NCBI GenBank assembly: GCA_944390535.1
Contig: CALXQV010000040.1
Location: 7,588 to 71,587 of the forward strand
DNA length: 64,000 bases
From: an uncultured Clostridia bacterium
GTDB lineage: Bacteria; Bacillota; Clostridia; TANB77; CAG-508
Reading direction: 5' to 3'
Part shown: positions 1-9,536 of the stretch, in pieces
Layout of the letters: every line of letters begins with the position of its first letter
Position numbering within the stretch: position 1 is the stretch's first letter
The notes under the pieces: generated by a model
Seen by the model: the letters and a program-made list of their open reading frames with translations, nothing else
Database searches by the model: none
What the model was told of the DNA's origin: nothing
Made by a program: the position numbers and the translations under genes

Positions 1-1437
1 TCGAATAATTGATAATTTGTGTTCTACTAGAGGATTGTTTAATACAGTAACCTGATTTGTTTCACTATTTTCTATATTTTCCACAGTATCTGCCTCACTC
101 TTATATTCTATTTCAGTTTTAGTTTCTTCCTTATCTTCTGATTTGTCATTTGTTTCTTTTTCATTTGGCAATAACAAATTTAGTAAAATACCAATGATAG
201 CTGCTAAACTCATACCAGAAATAGTGATAGATAAGTCTCCATGAATAATAGAGATGGCTGCTCCTCCTAACCCTAGTACTAACATGGTAGAAGCTACAAC
301 GACATTTTTAGGTTTTCCAAAGTCAAGTTTATTTTCAATTAATACCTTTAAACCATTTACAGAAATAAATCCATATAATAGTAAAGATACTCCTCCAAGA
401 ACAGCATTAGGAATAGTAGATACCAAAGCTGTAAATTTACCGAAGAATCCTAAGCAAATGGCAAAAATAGCAGCTAATCCAATAACCCATACAGAAGCAA
501 CTTTTGTCATTCCTACAACAGATGTATTTTCTCCATAAGTTGTATTAGCAGGTCCCCCTAAAAATCCTGCAACAAATGTTGCTAATCCATCACCTAATAA
601 AGTTCTATCTAATCCTGGTTTTTTTAATAAATTTTTACCAATAATGGTACTTAATGCTGTGTGGTCACCAATATGTTCAGCCATTGTAACTAAAGCAATT
701 GGTACAATCGTTAATAGTGCTGAGAAATTAGGTGTATAGTTTAAGAATGGTATGATAAAACTTGGCATACTAAAGAAACTTGCTTCTAATACAGGTGTAA
801 AATCAACCAATCCAAAGCAAATTGCTGAAACATATCCCACAACAATTCCTACTAAGAATGGAATAATTTTTAAGAAGCCTTTTCCTCTAACCATAACAAT
901 TGCTGTCGTTAGAAAAGTAATTAAAGCAACTGCAATACATCTCCAATCAATTTGTGCACCTGTACCTAATCCAATTTGAGATATCGCACTTGGTGCTAAA
1001 CTTAATCCAATTATCATAATCATTGGTCCAATAACAATTGGTGGTAATAGTTTATCTATCCATTTTTTCCCTATAAAATGAATGATAATGGCAAAAATGA
1101 CATAGACAAGACCAACAGCCATAACACCAACCATAGCACCTGAAATACCACCTTTTACAAATGCTGCTGCTAATGGTGCAATAAAGGCAAAAGAACTTCC
1201 TAAGTATACAGGTGATTTTCCTTTTGTACATAAGATGTAAATTAATGTTCCAATTCCTGATGTAACTAATGCTACTGGAATCGTAAGTACGGTTTCTCCT
1301 GCTGCTGTGTTTACCATAATAGGAACTAAGATGGTTGCTCCAAACATGGCAAAAACATGTTGCAATGCAAGAATAATCCATTTTCCAATGGTTGGTTTTT
1401 CATTTACATCTAATAGTAATTTTTTTGTTTCTTCCAT
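1..1437 (-). CDS. pyrP: Uracil/xanthine permease (NCS2 family). The ORF is open to the window edge, and the last encoded residues resemble the Upp N-terminus.
   Basis: Manual reverse-strand translation from ATG at 1435-1437 (RBS AAAAGGAGGG upstream) gives MEETKKLLLDVNEKPTIGKWIILALQHVFAMFGATILVP..., a typical UraA/PyrP sequence. The frame has no stop through position 1, and the tail reads ...VTVLNNPLVEHKLSIIR. Confidence 0.75.
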   Translation of the reverse strand, partial: MEETKKLLLDVNEKPTIGKWIILALQHVFAMFGATILVPIMVNTAAGETVLTIPVALVTSGIGTLIYILCTKGKSPVYLGSSFAFIAPLAAAFVKGGISGAMVGVMAVGLVYVIFAIIIHFIGKKWIDKLLPPIVIGPMIMIIGLSLAPSAISQIGLGTGAQIDWRCIAVALITFLTTAIVMVRGKGFLKIIPFLVGIVVGYVSAICFGLVDFTPVLEASFFSMPSFIIPFLNYTPNFSALLTIVPIALVTMAEHIGDHTALSTIIGKNLLKKPGLDRTLLGDGLATFVAGFLGGPANTTYGENTSVVGMTKVASVWVIGLAAIFAICLGFFGKFTALVSTIPNAVLGGVSLLLYGFISVNGLKVLIENKLDFGKPKNVVVASTMLVLGLGGAAISIIHGDLSITISGMSLAAIIGILLNLLLPNEKETNDKSEDKEETKTEIEYKSEADTVENIENSETNQVTVLNNPLVEHKLSIIR

Positions 1438-1485
1438 TGAAACGCCCTCCTTTTATTTTGTTAGTAAGTATTACATGTAGAACAA

Positions 1486-1545
1486 TAGCGGGCTTTCTTA
1501 AACATTTTCTCTGTTTATGACATTTCAAAGCTCGCGTTATTGTTC
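1486..1545. repeat. Conserved ~50-nt motif, copy 1, forming a hairpin with a downstream partner arm in the pyrP leader
   Basis: gaacaatagcgggctttcttaaacattttctctgtttatgacatttcaaagc is ~85% identical to 20599-20650. Here it is followed by aaagctcgcgttattgttc, which pairs with its 5' part. Confidence 0.35.
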
Positions 1546-2006
1546 GGCGCCAAATTTTACGCAAGTAAAATTTGTGTGTAATGTTGTTTTTTATTGAATA
1601 GGAAAACGTGATTTTTCCTATTCAATAAAAAATATCAATTCCAAAAGAATTGATATAAACACTTACTTTATAGATTTTAAGATTGGGAACGCAAAATAAA
1701 CAATATTTCTATTGATATTACCTGTTTTTAATTTTGTAATATTTTCTACAAATTTTGTCATTTTTCTACACCCTTTCTTACTATATACCATTCCTCGAAA
1801 AGTTGCAATAGAAAATGACTAAATTTATTAAATTTTAATTATTTTCGGTAATTGCGACACACAAGATGTAAAAAAAATAACAAAAAATATATATATCTTA
1901 GTCTGACCTGTAACTATTTTTTATTGTATAAATATAAACACATTTTTATAAAACTGTAATTAGTATAAACCAGAAGAAATTTTTTACATTCCTCCTGGTT
2001 AACACG

Positions 2007-2321
2007 TTATTCGATACTGATTGACATTTTTTCCACCGTTTCAAGAATGATTCGATCAATCAATTCTTGACAAGAAAACTGCTCCTTCTTAATCTTTCCT
2101 TCTTCAAGACTTTTTATTTTAATCTGCAGTTTTCTTATAACGGGGGTTAAATGTCTTAAGCCCCGCGTTCTAGAAACAACATCTAGACTAAATTTAACTA
2201 TCTCCCTAGCTTTTTTTTCCTCTTCGCTGGTTTGACTTTCCTGCAACGCTTGATCATACTCAATCAATTTAGATACCAGGACTAGTATCTTTTCAGCATC
2301 TGTTAAATCTCTAATATCCAT
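2007..2321 (-). CDS. Hypothetical 104-aa protein downstream of hydA, with its own sigma-A-like promoter (TTGACT-17-TATAAT on minus strand ~2405-2440)
   Basis: ORF with RBS GGAGGTAAA before the ATG. I recognise no family. Confidence 0.4.
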   Translation of the reverse strand: MDIRDLTDAEKILVLVSKLIEYDQALQESQTSEEEKKAREIVKFSLDVVSRTRGLRHLTPVIRKLQIKIKSLEEGKIKKEQFSCQELIDRIILETVEKMSISIE

Positions 2322-2535
2322 TTTACCTCCATAATATATTCTGGAGGTTTAACACAGCCCCTCCAGAAAAAAATTAATAAATTTCTCCTGTACTTGCTGT
2401 GTAGCACATTAGATGGTATTATTATAGCATTATCTATCTAAAAAGTCAATTGTTTACATAATATTATTTTGTCTTACCATTTAAAATTTAACGCATATTT
2501 CTATCTTGACTAATCAAAATTTATAGCAATACATT

Positions 2536-4311
2536 CTATATTTTATATTTGTCTCTTTTTGTATAAGTCGTATGTAATAATCTTTCAGCAATTTCACTGC
2601 CTGGTTTTTCTAAGAAATCTTTATATAATTTTTTCATGACAGGATTATCATGTGATTTTCTTACAATACTTCTTTCATCAATTGTGTATAAGGCATCTGC
2701 TCTTAATTTTCTAACATCTACTTCTGCTCTTGTTTTAGAACTTTTTATTGGTTGGCCACCACCCATAATACAACCACCAGGGCAAGCCATAATTTCAACA
2801 AATTGATAATCTGCTTTTCCAGATTTGATTTCTTCTAAAATTGTTCTTGCATTTGCCAATCCACTTGCTGCAACAACACAGATATCTTTTCCTGCAATAT
2901 TAATGGTTGCTTTTTTGATACCATCTCCACCTCTTACCTGGTCAAAATCAATTTTAGGTAAATCTTTTCCTGTTAAGGTATCTTGTGCAGTTCTTAAAGC
3001 TGCTTCCATAACCCCACCAGTTGTTCCAAAAATAGCTCCTGCACCACTAGCTTCTCCCATAGGACTATCAAAATTACTATCTTCTAATTTTTTAAATTCG
3101 ATGTTAGCTTGTTTTATCATTCTTGCTAATTCTCTAGTTGTAATCACATTGTCTACATCATATAAGTTATCTTCCATCATTTCTGGTCTTTGTCTTTCAA
3201 ACTTCTTTGCAATACATGGCATAACAGAAACTACATAAATTTTTTCTGGATTTAAGCCTTCTCTATTGGCATAATATGTTTTTAGAATAGCACCAAACAT
3301 TTCATGAGGAGATTTACAACTAGATAGATGTGGCAATAATTCTGGATAATTCATTTCTATATATTTTACCCAACCTGGACTACAAGATGTAATCATTGGT
3401 AAATGATCATTTTTTGTAAATCTTTCTATAAACTCATTTGCTTCTTCCATAATGGTAAGGTCAGCACCTGTATTGGTATCAAATACTTTATCAAACCCTA
3501 AACGTTTTAATGCTGTTACCATTTTACCAGTTACATTTGTACCAATTGGCATACCAAATTCTTCTCCTAAAGCAACTCTCACAGCTGGCGCTGTTTGAAC
3601 AATAACCGTTGTTTCAGGATCTTTTAATTTTACCCATACATCATTAATAGTTTCTTTTTCGTGTAATGCACCAGTTGGACAAGCTTCTATACATTGTCCA
3701 CAAAATGTACAGTTTACATCATTTAAACTATGATCTCCAACAGTAGAGATACAAGATTCAAATCCTCTATTAATACAATCAATAGCACCAATTTTTTGGA
3801 CATTTTTACAAGCAGCTACACATCTTCTACATAAAATACATTTATTAAAATCTCTTACAATTGATGGAGATAAATCATCAATTGTATGTTCTGTTCTTTC
3901 TCCTTCAAATTCAATATTTAAAACATTAAATTTTGTAGCTAAAGCTTGTAGTTCACAATTTCCTGAGCGTGTGCAAGTTAAGCAGTCTTTTGCATGGTTG
4001 GATATGATTAAGTCTAAAATTACATGACGTGCTTCTAATACATTTTGTGTATGTGTATGAACAACCATACCTTCTTCTACGGTTTGTATGCAAGAAGTAG
4101 CAAATCCTCTTCTTCCTTCTACCTCAACAATACACATCCTACAATCTCCCATTTCATTAATATCTTTTAAAAAGCATAATGTTGGGATATCAATTCCTGC
4201 TTCTTTTGCAGCTGCTAGTATTGTTGTTCCTTTAGGCACTGTTATTTTTTGATTGTCAATTGTTAAATTAACCATTTCTTTTTCCATATTCACATCTCTC
4301 TTTCTATTCAC
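2536..4311 (-). CDS. hydA: [FeFe]-hydrogenase catalytic subunit (HydA/HndD-like, multi-FeS N-terminus)
   Basis: N-terminal 2Fe-2S and 4Fe-4S cysteine motifs; H-cluster motifs (TSCSPGW, MPCIAKK, EIMACPGGC). First codon is GTG; a true ATG start is probably 8-12 codons in (MEKEMVNL...). Confidence 0.85.
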   Translation of the reverse strand: MNRKRDVNMEKEMVNLTIDNQKITVPKGTTILAAAKEAGIDIPTLCFLKDINEMGDCRMCIVEVEGRRGFATSCIQTVEEGMVVHTHTQNVLEARHVILDLIISNHAKDCLTCTRSGNCELQALATKFNVLNIEFEGERTEHTIDDLSPSIVRDFNKCILCRRCVAACKNVQKIGAIDCINRGFESCISTVGDHSLNDVNCTFCGQCIEACPTGALHEKETINDVWVKLKDPETTVIVQTAPAVRVALGEEFGMPIGTNVTGKMVTALKRLGFDKVFDTNTGADLTIMEEANEFIERFTKNDHLPMITSCSPGWVKYIEMNYPELLPHLSSCKSPHEMFGAILKTYYANREGLNPEKIYVVSVMPCIAKKFERQRPEMMEDNLYDVDNVITTRELARMIKQANIEFKKLEDSNFDSPMGEASGAGAIFGTTGGVMEAALRTAQDTLTGKDLPKIDFDQVRGGDGIKKATINIAGKDICVVAASGLANARTILEEIKSGKADYQFVEIMACPGGCIMGGGQPIKSSKTRAEVDVRKLRADALYTIDERSIVRKSHDNPVMKKLYKDFLEKPGSEIAERLLHTTYTKRDKYKI

Positions 4312-4318
4312 AATTTTA

Positions 4319-5656
4319 TTAACTTTCCTCTTCTCCTATGTCATATTCAATTGGCTGTTGATTTAATAATTCTCTTTGCTCTTCTGTTAAATATTTTTTG
4401 TCTACAATGATATCTAAAACATATTGATCAAAATAATTATCATTCATGGTATAATATCCATTTGGTTTTTCATCTGGTCCCTCTCCATAACTGTCTTCTA
4501 CTTTCCATCGTTGTATATGGTCTCCTACTATGTTGGCACCTGTAATTACCATGGAATGTGATAAATTAATTTCTGAAAAATCTAAGCCTTCTTTTTTATC
4601 TAATGAATGTATATTGAAAATATTTTCATAGTTATAGATTCTAGTATCCAAAATACCTTGTTTTTCATATATATATTTATTTTGGATATCAACATTACTA
4701 TATACAGGTATGTTATCTTTCAATTGTTGTATCGCACATCTTTTTAAATCTTCTATTGGTAAATTTAAAAATTGTCTATAACTTTTTTTATATACATTCC
4801 CAAAATATTTCAATCGATAAAATTTATTGTATTCTTTGTTATAAATTGGTATGTTGGTAATGGATACAAAGTCATCTAAATTTAGTGTCAAATATTGATC
4901 TCTAAAATTGATTGGTGTTATTTGTTTTTGAGATATGTATTTTCCATTTTTATCTTTATATTCTAAATCAAATGTCCTTGGTGGTTCACCTAAAATTTTA
5001 GATAAGAACATGTAATTTTGTTTTGCATATGTTTTTGTTAATTCTCTTAATTCATTTTCACTTTTTCCTTGTTTCTTTTCTTCTAACAAATAGATAACAT
5101 CTTTTTTTACCTTTTCTCTGAATAAAAGGGTAATTTTCGCACCATCTTCCCCTTCTTTTGGATTTGGCATGTAAGAATTTGGTACAATTCCATATTTTTT
5201 TACAATACTTGCAAACCATTCATAAAATCCTGCTTCAGTAACACAGTTTTTTAATAATTGTTCTTGTTTAATATATTCTAAGGTTGTATTTTCAATAGAT
5301 AAATTGATAATATTCTCATATGTTAGATTTGCTTTTTCTAATTTATCAAAGAAAGCAATATAATTACTTGATAATTCAAAATCCATAAGATCCATGTCTA
5401 AATTTTGAGCCATATTGTATTGAATCATATTAAATCCAGCATAAATCCAACATTTCCAACTATCTTTTTGGTCATAACGTTTTGTATTTGGAAGTTCAAT
5501 ATTGAAAACTGCTTGATTTTCCCTAACAATATCTCTATCTAGACAAGTATTTTCTAGTCCATTTGTTGTAATTGTATTTTCGATTATTTTATTTATTGGG
5601 TTTGCATGATATTCTTTTGAAAATGCTTTTATATCTTCAAAGGTTATCTCTAACAT
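4319..5656 (-). CDS. pepC: Aminopeptidase C / bleomycin hydrolase-like C1 cysteine peptidase
   Basis: QKDSWKCWIYAGFN catalytic Cys motif; ~445 aa, typical of PepC. Confidence 0.8.
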   Translation of the reverse strand: MLEITFEDIKAFSKEYHANPINKIIENTITTNGLENTCLDRDIVRENQAVFNIELPNTKRYDQKDSWKCWIYAGFNMIQYNMAQNLDMDLMDFELSSNYIAFFDKLEKANLTYENIINLSIENTTLEYIKQEQLLKNCVTEAGFYEWFASIVKKYGIVPNSYMPNPKEGEDGAKITLLFREKVKKDVIYLLEEKKQGKSENELRELTKTYAKQNYMFLSKILGEPPRTFDLEYKDKNGKYISQKQITPINFRDQYLTLNLDDFVSITNIPIYNKEYNKFYRLKYFGNVYKKSYRQFLNLPIEDLKRCAIQQLKDNIPVYSNVDIQNKYIYEKQGILDTRIYNYENIFNIHSLDKKEGLDFSEINLSHSMVITGANIVGDHIQRWKVEDSYGEGPDEKPNGYYTMNDNYFDQYVLDIIVDKKYLTEEQRELLNQQPIEYDIGEEES

Positions 5657-5684
5657 AACATTTCTCCTTTCTAGTTGATGGCTT

Positions 5685-6989
5685 TTATGTCCACATAGAA
5701 AACTCTATTGGTTGTTGATTCCATGCCTCTAATTGTTCCTGAGAAAGATATTTTTTATGGATAATGATACCGAATACATATTTTTCAAAATAGTTGTCAT
5801 TCATGATGTTATATCCTTTATATTCACACTCAGTTCCATAGCTATCTTCTATTTTCCACCTAATTGGTTTATCATCTATTATATGTACACCGCAAATTGC
5901 CATGCAGTGATGAAAAGCTATTGAATTTGTATTTTGACCCTCTTCTTTTGTTAGAGGCGTTACTCCTAATGTTTGTTTATAATCATATAACCTTGTATCT
6001 AATACCCCTGAAGAAGTATCTCGAAATTGATTTCTATATATATTCACATAGACAGGTATATTATCCTTTAATTGTGCTATTCCCAATCTTTTTAAGTCAT
6101 TTATTGGAAGATTTAAAAAAGTATAGCTTTCTATATGAGGATAATTAGTATACTGGTATACTTTTCCATATGGTTTGTTATGTCTAGGAATATTAGCAAT
6201 ACAAATAAATTCATTTAAATCTATTGTTAAGAACTTTTCCTTAAATTCTAAAGGCGTTATATTTTCTAGTCGTTGGAAATTTCCTTCTTTATCGATATAT
6301 TCATAAGTAAATTGTTGGATAGGTTCTCCTAAAATTTTTGATAACAACATATAATTTTCTTCCAAAAATTCTTTCCTTTTATTTTCTAGCTCCTCTATTT
6401 TCGCATTTTTCTCTTTTAACTTAATCAGCTTAACAATATCACCTCTCAGCTTTTCTCTGTAAATGGTGTTTATCTTATTGGCATCTATACTTCCTTTCGT
6501 TTGAGGCATAATACAATTAGGGACAAAACCATATTTGTTAACAATTCCTCGAAAAAATTCAAAAAGTCCGTATCCTATAGGTGATTTAACTATAAATTCA
6601 TTTTTGTTTATATGTTCATAAGATACATCTTCTAATTGAATAATTTTTTCGTATATTGCACTTGATTTTTCCAATCGATCAAAAAAGGAAATATATTCAG
6701 CTGATAATTCTAAATCTTCTATATCTATATTTAAATGATTAGCTACATTAGCTTGAATCACATTAAATCCAGCATAAACCCAACATAACTCACTAGCTTT
6801 TTGACTATATTTCTTTACGCGTCCAGGTAATTCGATATTAAATACAGGTTGATTTTCTGCAATAATATCTCTGTTTAGCATGGCACTTTCTATACCATTA
6901 TTAGCAATTGCATTTTCAATCATTTTATTAGTTGGATTATTTTTATATTTTTTAGAAAATGCTTTTATATCATCTAATGTTATATCCAT
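5685..6989 (-). CDS. pepC: Aminopeptidase C paralog. The ORF-track N-terminal extension to 7103 reads through a repeat element and is probably not translated.
   Basis: QKASELCWVYAGFN motif. The internal Met (MDITLDDIKAF...) aligns with the start of the first paralog and has a GGGGGGAGAAG RBS. Confidence 0.75.
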   Translation of the reverse strand: MDITLDDIKAFSKKYKNNPTNKMIENAIANNGIESAMLNRDIIAENQPVFNIELPGRVKKYSQKASELCWVYAGFNVIQANVANHLNIDIEDLELSAEYISFFDRLEKSSAIYEKIIQLEDVSYEHINKNEFIVKSPIGYGLFEFFRGIVNKYGFVPNCIMPQTKGSIDANKINTIYREKLRGDIVKLIKLKEKNAKIEELENKRKEFLEENYMLLSKILGEPIQQFTYEYIDKEGNFQRLENITPLEFKEKFLTIDLNEFICIANIPRHNKPYGKVYQYTNYPHIESYTFLNLPINDLKRLGIAQLKDNIPVYVNIYRNQFRDTSSGVLDTRLYDYKQTLGVTPLTKEEGQNTNSIAFHHCMAICGVHIIDDKPIRWKIEDSYGTECEYKGYNIMNDNYFEKYVFGIIIHKKYLSQEQLEAWNQQPIEFSMWT

Positions 6990-7048
6990 CTTCTCCCCCC
7001 AGTAATAAATCTTAATCAACGATTTTTTATTGTATAAGAACATAGGAT

Positions 7049-7090
7049 TGTCCCTTTTGAACATTTTTTGTCCATTTTGGCACGTCCCTA
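7049..7090. repeat. Solo copy (40/42 identical) of the 42-nt terminal inverted repeat of the MITE-like element at 51511-51746
   Basis: tgtcccttttgaacattttttgtccattttggcacgtcccta, compared with tgtcccttttggacattttttgtccattttggcatgtcccta at 51705-51746. Confidence 0.6.
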
Positions 7091-7095
7091 ATTTC

Positions 7096-7136
7096 CAATA
7101 CACATCCTACAATCTCCCATTTCATTAATATCTTTT
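7096..7136. repeat. Exact 41-nt duplicate of a hydA coding segment (4128-4168); a hydA N-terminal remnant
   Basis: caatacacatcctacaatctcccatttcattaatatctttt is identical at both sites. The reverse translation KDINEMGDCRMCI matches hydA residues LKDINEMGDCRMCIV. Confidence 0.6.
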
Positions 7137-7138
7137 TT

Positions 7139-7534
7139 TTAGTTCTTATTTGTATCATATTGTTTTCTTCTTGAAGTAATAGGTATATATATTAATCCTA
7201 TACTAGTAACCAAAAATATAATTAATATGATAATTAAAAATATATTAGAATATATATCAATTGTAAAATAGGTTAGTAAATTCACAAAAACTCCATTTTT
7301 TATTAATATTACAAAGAGTATATTGATAATAAGTAAAATACTATATAGTCCTGTTTTCACTTTTCCTCTATTCTTTTTTAATGTATCAAACATTAATATT
7401 ATTGATATAATTAATACTATGTAAAATAGGATATCTGAATAATCCATTATCTTTTCCAAACTATTAAAGAGCAATTCTTCTGATGTCGGCCTCAATGGAT
7501 TACAGATTATTGGTCCATTTTCAAATTCAATCAT
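7139..7534 (-). CDS. Hypothetical small membrane protein (4 predicted TM segments) inside the hydrogenase gene cluster
   Basis: Hydrophobic ORF with RBS AAGGAGAAAAATAA. Its stop codon abuts the hydA-fragment repeat. Confidence 0.45.
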   Translation of the reverse strand: MIEFENGPIICNPLRPTSEELLFNSLEKIMDYSDILFYIVLIISIILMFDTLKKNRGKVKTGLYSILLIINILFVILIKNGVFVNLLTYFTIDIYSNIFLIIILIIFLVTSIGLIYIPITSRRKQYDTNKN

Positions 7535-7601
7535 TTATTTTTCTCCTTGCTAATTTTCATAAATCATAAAGAAAATATCTAAGAAAACCCTCCCTTTTGC
7601 T

Positions 7602-9461
7602 CTAATTTCCAATTGCATGGAATGGACAACTTGCAATACATGTACCACATTTAATACATTTTTCTTGGTTAATAATTCTTTTATCTCTTCCAGAACCATC
7701 AATCGCATTGACTGGACAATGTTTTTGACACAAGCCACATCCTTTACATTTTTCTTCATTAATGGTGATTTTTGCCATTGCTTTACATTCTAATGTTCTA
7801 CATTCTTTTTTAATAGCATGTTCTCTAAATTCTTCTCTAAAGTATTTCATTGTGCTAACAACTGGATTTGGTGCTGTCTGTCCTAGTCCACATACACTTG
7901 ATTTTTGAATATTAGATGCTAATTTTTCTAATTTATATAGGTCTAATTCTTCTCCTTCACCATTACATAATCTTTCTAAGATTTCTAACATTCTCTTTGT
8001 TCCAATTCTACAAGGCGTACATTTGCCACAGCTTTCACTTACTGTAAAGTCTAGATAGAATTTTGCTAAAGCTACCATACATTTTGTATCATCCATAACG
8101 ATTAATCCACCTGATCCCATCATAGAACCAATTTGTTTTAAAGATTCATAATCAATCGGTGTATCTAAATGTTCTTTTGGAATACAGCCTCCTGAAGGTC
8201 CTCCTGTTTGTGCTGCTTTAAATTCTCTGCCATTTGGAATTCCACCACCAATATCATAAATAATTTCTCTCAAAGTTGTTCCCATTGGCACTTCTACTAA
8301 TCCAATATTATTAACATTTCCTCCTAAAGCAAATACTTTTGTTCCTTTTGAAGTTTCTGTTCCAATAGAAGCATACCAGTTTGGACCATTTAAAATGATT
8401 TGTGCAATATTCGCATATGTTTCAACATTATTAATTAAGGTTGGTTTTCCCCATAATCCAGATTGTGCTGGATATGGTGGTTTTACTCTTGGTTGACCTC
8501 TTTTTCCTTCAATAGATTCTAGCAAAGCTGTTTCTTCACCACAAACAAATGCACCTGCACCTAAACGAATTTCAATATCAAAACTAAAATCTGTATCAAA
8601 GATGTGTTCTCCTAATAATCCATATTCTCTTGCTTGCTTGATTGCGATGTTTAATCGTTGAACTGCAATTGGATATTCTGCTCTAACATAAATATATCCT
8701 TTATTAGCGCCAATTGCATATCCTGCAATTGCCATTGCTTCTAATACAGAATGTGGATCTCCCTCTAAAATACTTCTATCCATAAATGCACCTGGATCTC
8801 CTTCATCTGCATTACAAACGACATATTTTTGCTCTCCAGCAGAAGCCTTCGTAAGCTCCCATTTTTTACCTGTTGGGAAACCTGCTCCACCTCTACCTCT
8901 TAATCCAGAGTCTTTTATGACATCAATGACTTCATCTTGTGTCATTTCTTTTAGTACTTTTTCTAAAGCTGTATATCCATCAAATGCTATATATTCATCA
9001 ATTTCTTCTGGGTTAACAACACCACAATTTTTAAGTGCAATTCTTTTTTGTTTCTTGTAAAAGTTTAATTCATCTAAACTATTAACAACTGTACCATCAA
9101 TGTCTTTACAAAGTAATCTTTCTACTCTTTCTCCTTTTACAATATGGGTATCTATAATTTCTTCACAATCTTCTGGTGTTACCATTGCATAAAACGTGTC
9201 TTCTGGTCTTATAATAACAATAGGGCCTTTGGCACAAAGACCAAAACAACCTGTTTTTATCACTCTTACATTATCTATGTTTTTTTCTTTCAATATTTTT
9301 CTAAAATTTTCTAAAATCTCAGGTGATTTTGAAGAAGTACATCCTGTACCATGACAAACTAAAATATGTTTTTCTCTAGTGTCTGCTTTCGTGTTAACTC
9401 TTAAATCTAATTCTTTTCTTTTTTCTTCTCTTATTTTATGAATTTCTTTTAGACTTTTCAT
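7602..9461 (-). CDS. hydB: NADH-binding flavoprotein subunit of bifurcating hydrogenase (NuoF/HndC/HydB-like)
   Basis: GRGGAGFPTGxKW FMN/NADH motifs; C-terminal 4Fe-4S ferredoxin motifs (CKGCGLCQKHCP, CIKCGTCIASCP). Confidence 0.85.
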   Translation of the reverse strand: MKSLKEIHKIREEKRKELDLRVNTKADTREKHILVCHGTGCTSSKSPEILENFRKILKEKNIDNVRVIKTGCFGLCAKGPIVIIRPEDTFYAMVTPEDCEEIIDTHIVKGERVERLLCKDIDGTVVNSLDELNFYKKQKRIALKNCGVVNPEEIDEYIAFDGYTALEKVLKEMTQDEVIDVIKDSGLRGRGGAGFPTGKKWELTKASAGEQKYVVCNADEGDPGAFMDRSILEGDPHSVLEAMAIAGYAIGANKGYIYVRAEYPIAVQRLNIAIKQAREYGLLGEHIFDTDFSFDIEIRLGAGAFVCGEETALLESIEGKRGQPRVKPPYPAQSGLWGKPTLINNVETYANIAQIILNGPNWYASIGTETSKGTKVFALGGNVNNIGLVEVPMGTTLREIIYDIGGGIPNGREFKAAQTGGPSGGCIPKEHLDTPIDYESLKQIGSMMGSGGLIVMDDTKCMVALAKFYLDFTVSESCGKCTPCRIGTKRMLEILERLCNGEGEELDLYKLEKLASNIQKSSVCGLGQTAPNPVVSTMKYFREEFREHAIKKECRTLECKAMAKITINEEKCKGCGLCQKHCPVNAIDGSGRDKRIINQEKCIKCGTCIASCPFHAIGN

Positions 9462-9536
9462 ACTTTCCTCCTTTTACCCTTTACATTTCTAGGAATGTTT
9501 CTGTATAGGAACTTTTCCTTAAATAAGAATACATTT

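Noticed and set aside
254-979. Plus-strand ORFs (254-538, 752-979) inside the uracil permease region
   Set aside because: The opposite strand carries a continuous, clearly homologous NCS2 permease reading frame. These are antisense artefacts of AT-rich DNA.
1444-2006. PyrR attenuator or binding loop in the pyrP leader; also a 32-42-aa small ORF (MTKFVENITKLKTGNINRNIVYFAFPILKSIK)
   Set aside because: No PyrR-type loop sequence is recognisable. The small ORF has only a modest RBS and a low-complexity product, so it was not called.
2825-3238. Plus-strand ORFs antisense to hydA, hydB, the Ricin-GH25 gene and the GT genes (e.g. 2825-3238, 7550-7759, 26681-27007, 27119-27454)
   Set aside because: All lie fully inside long, well-supported minus-strand genes and have low-complexity translations.
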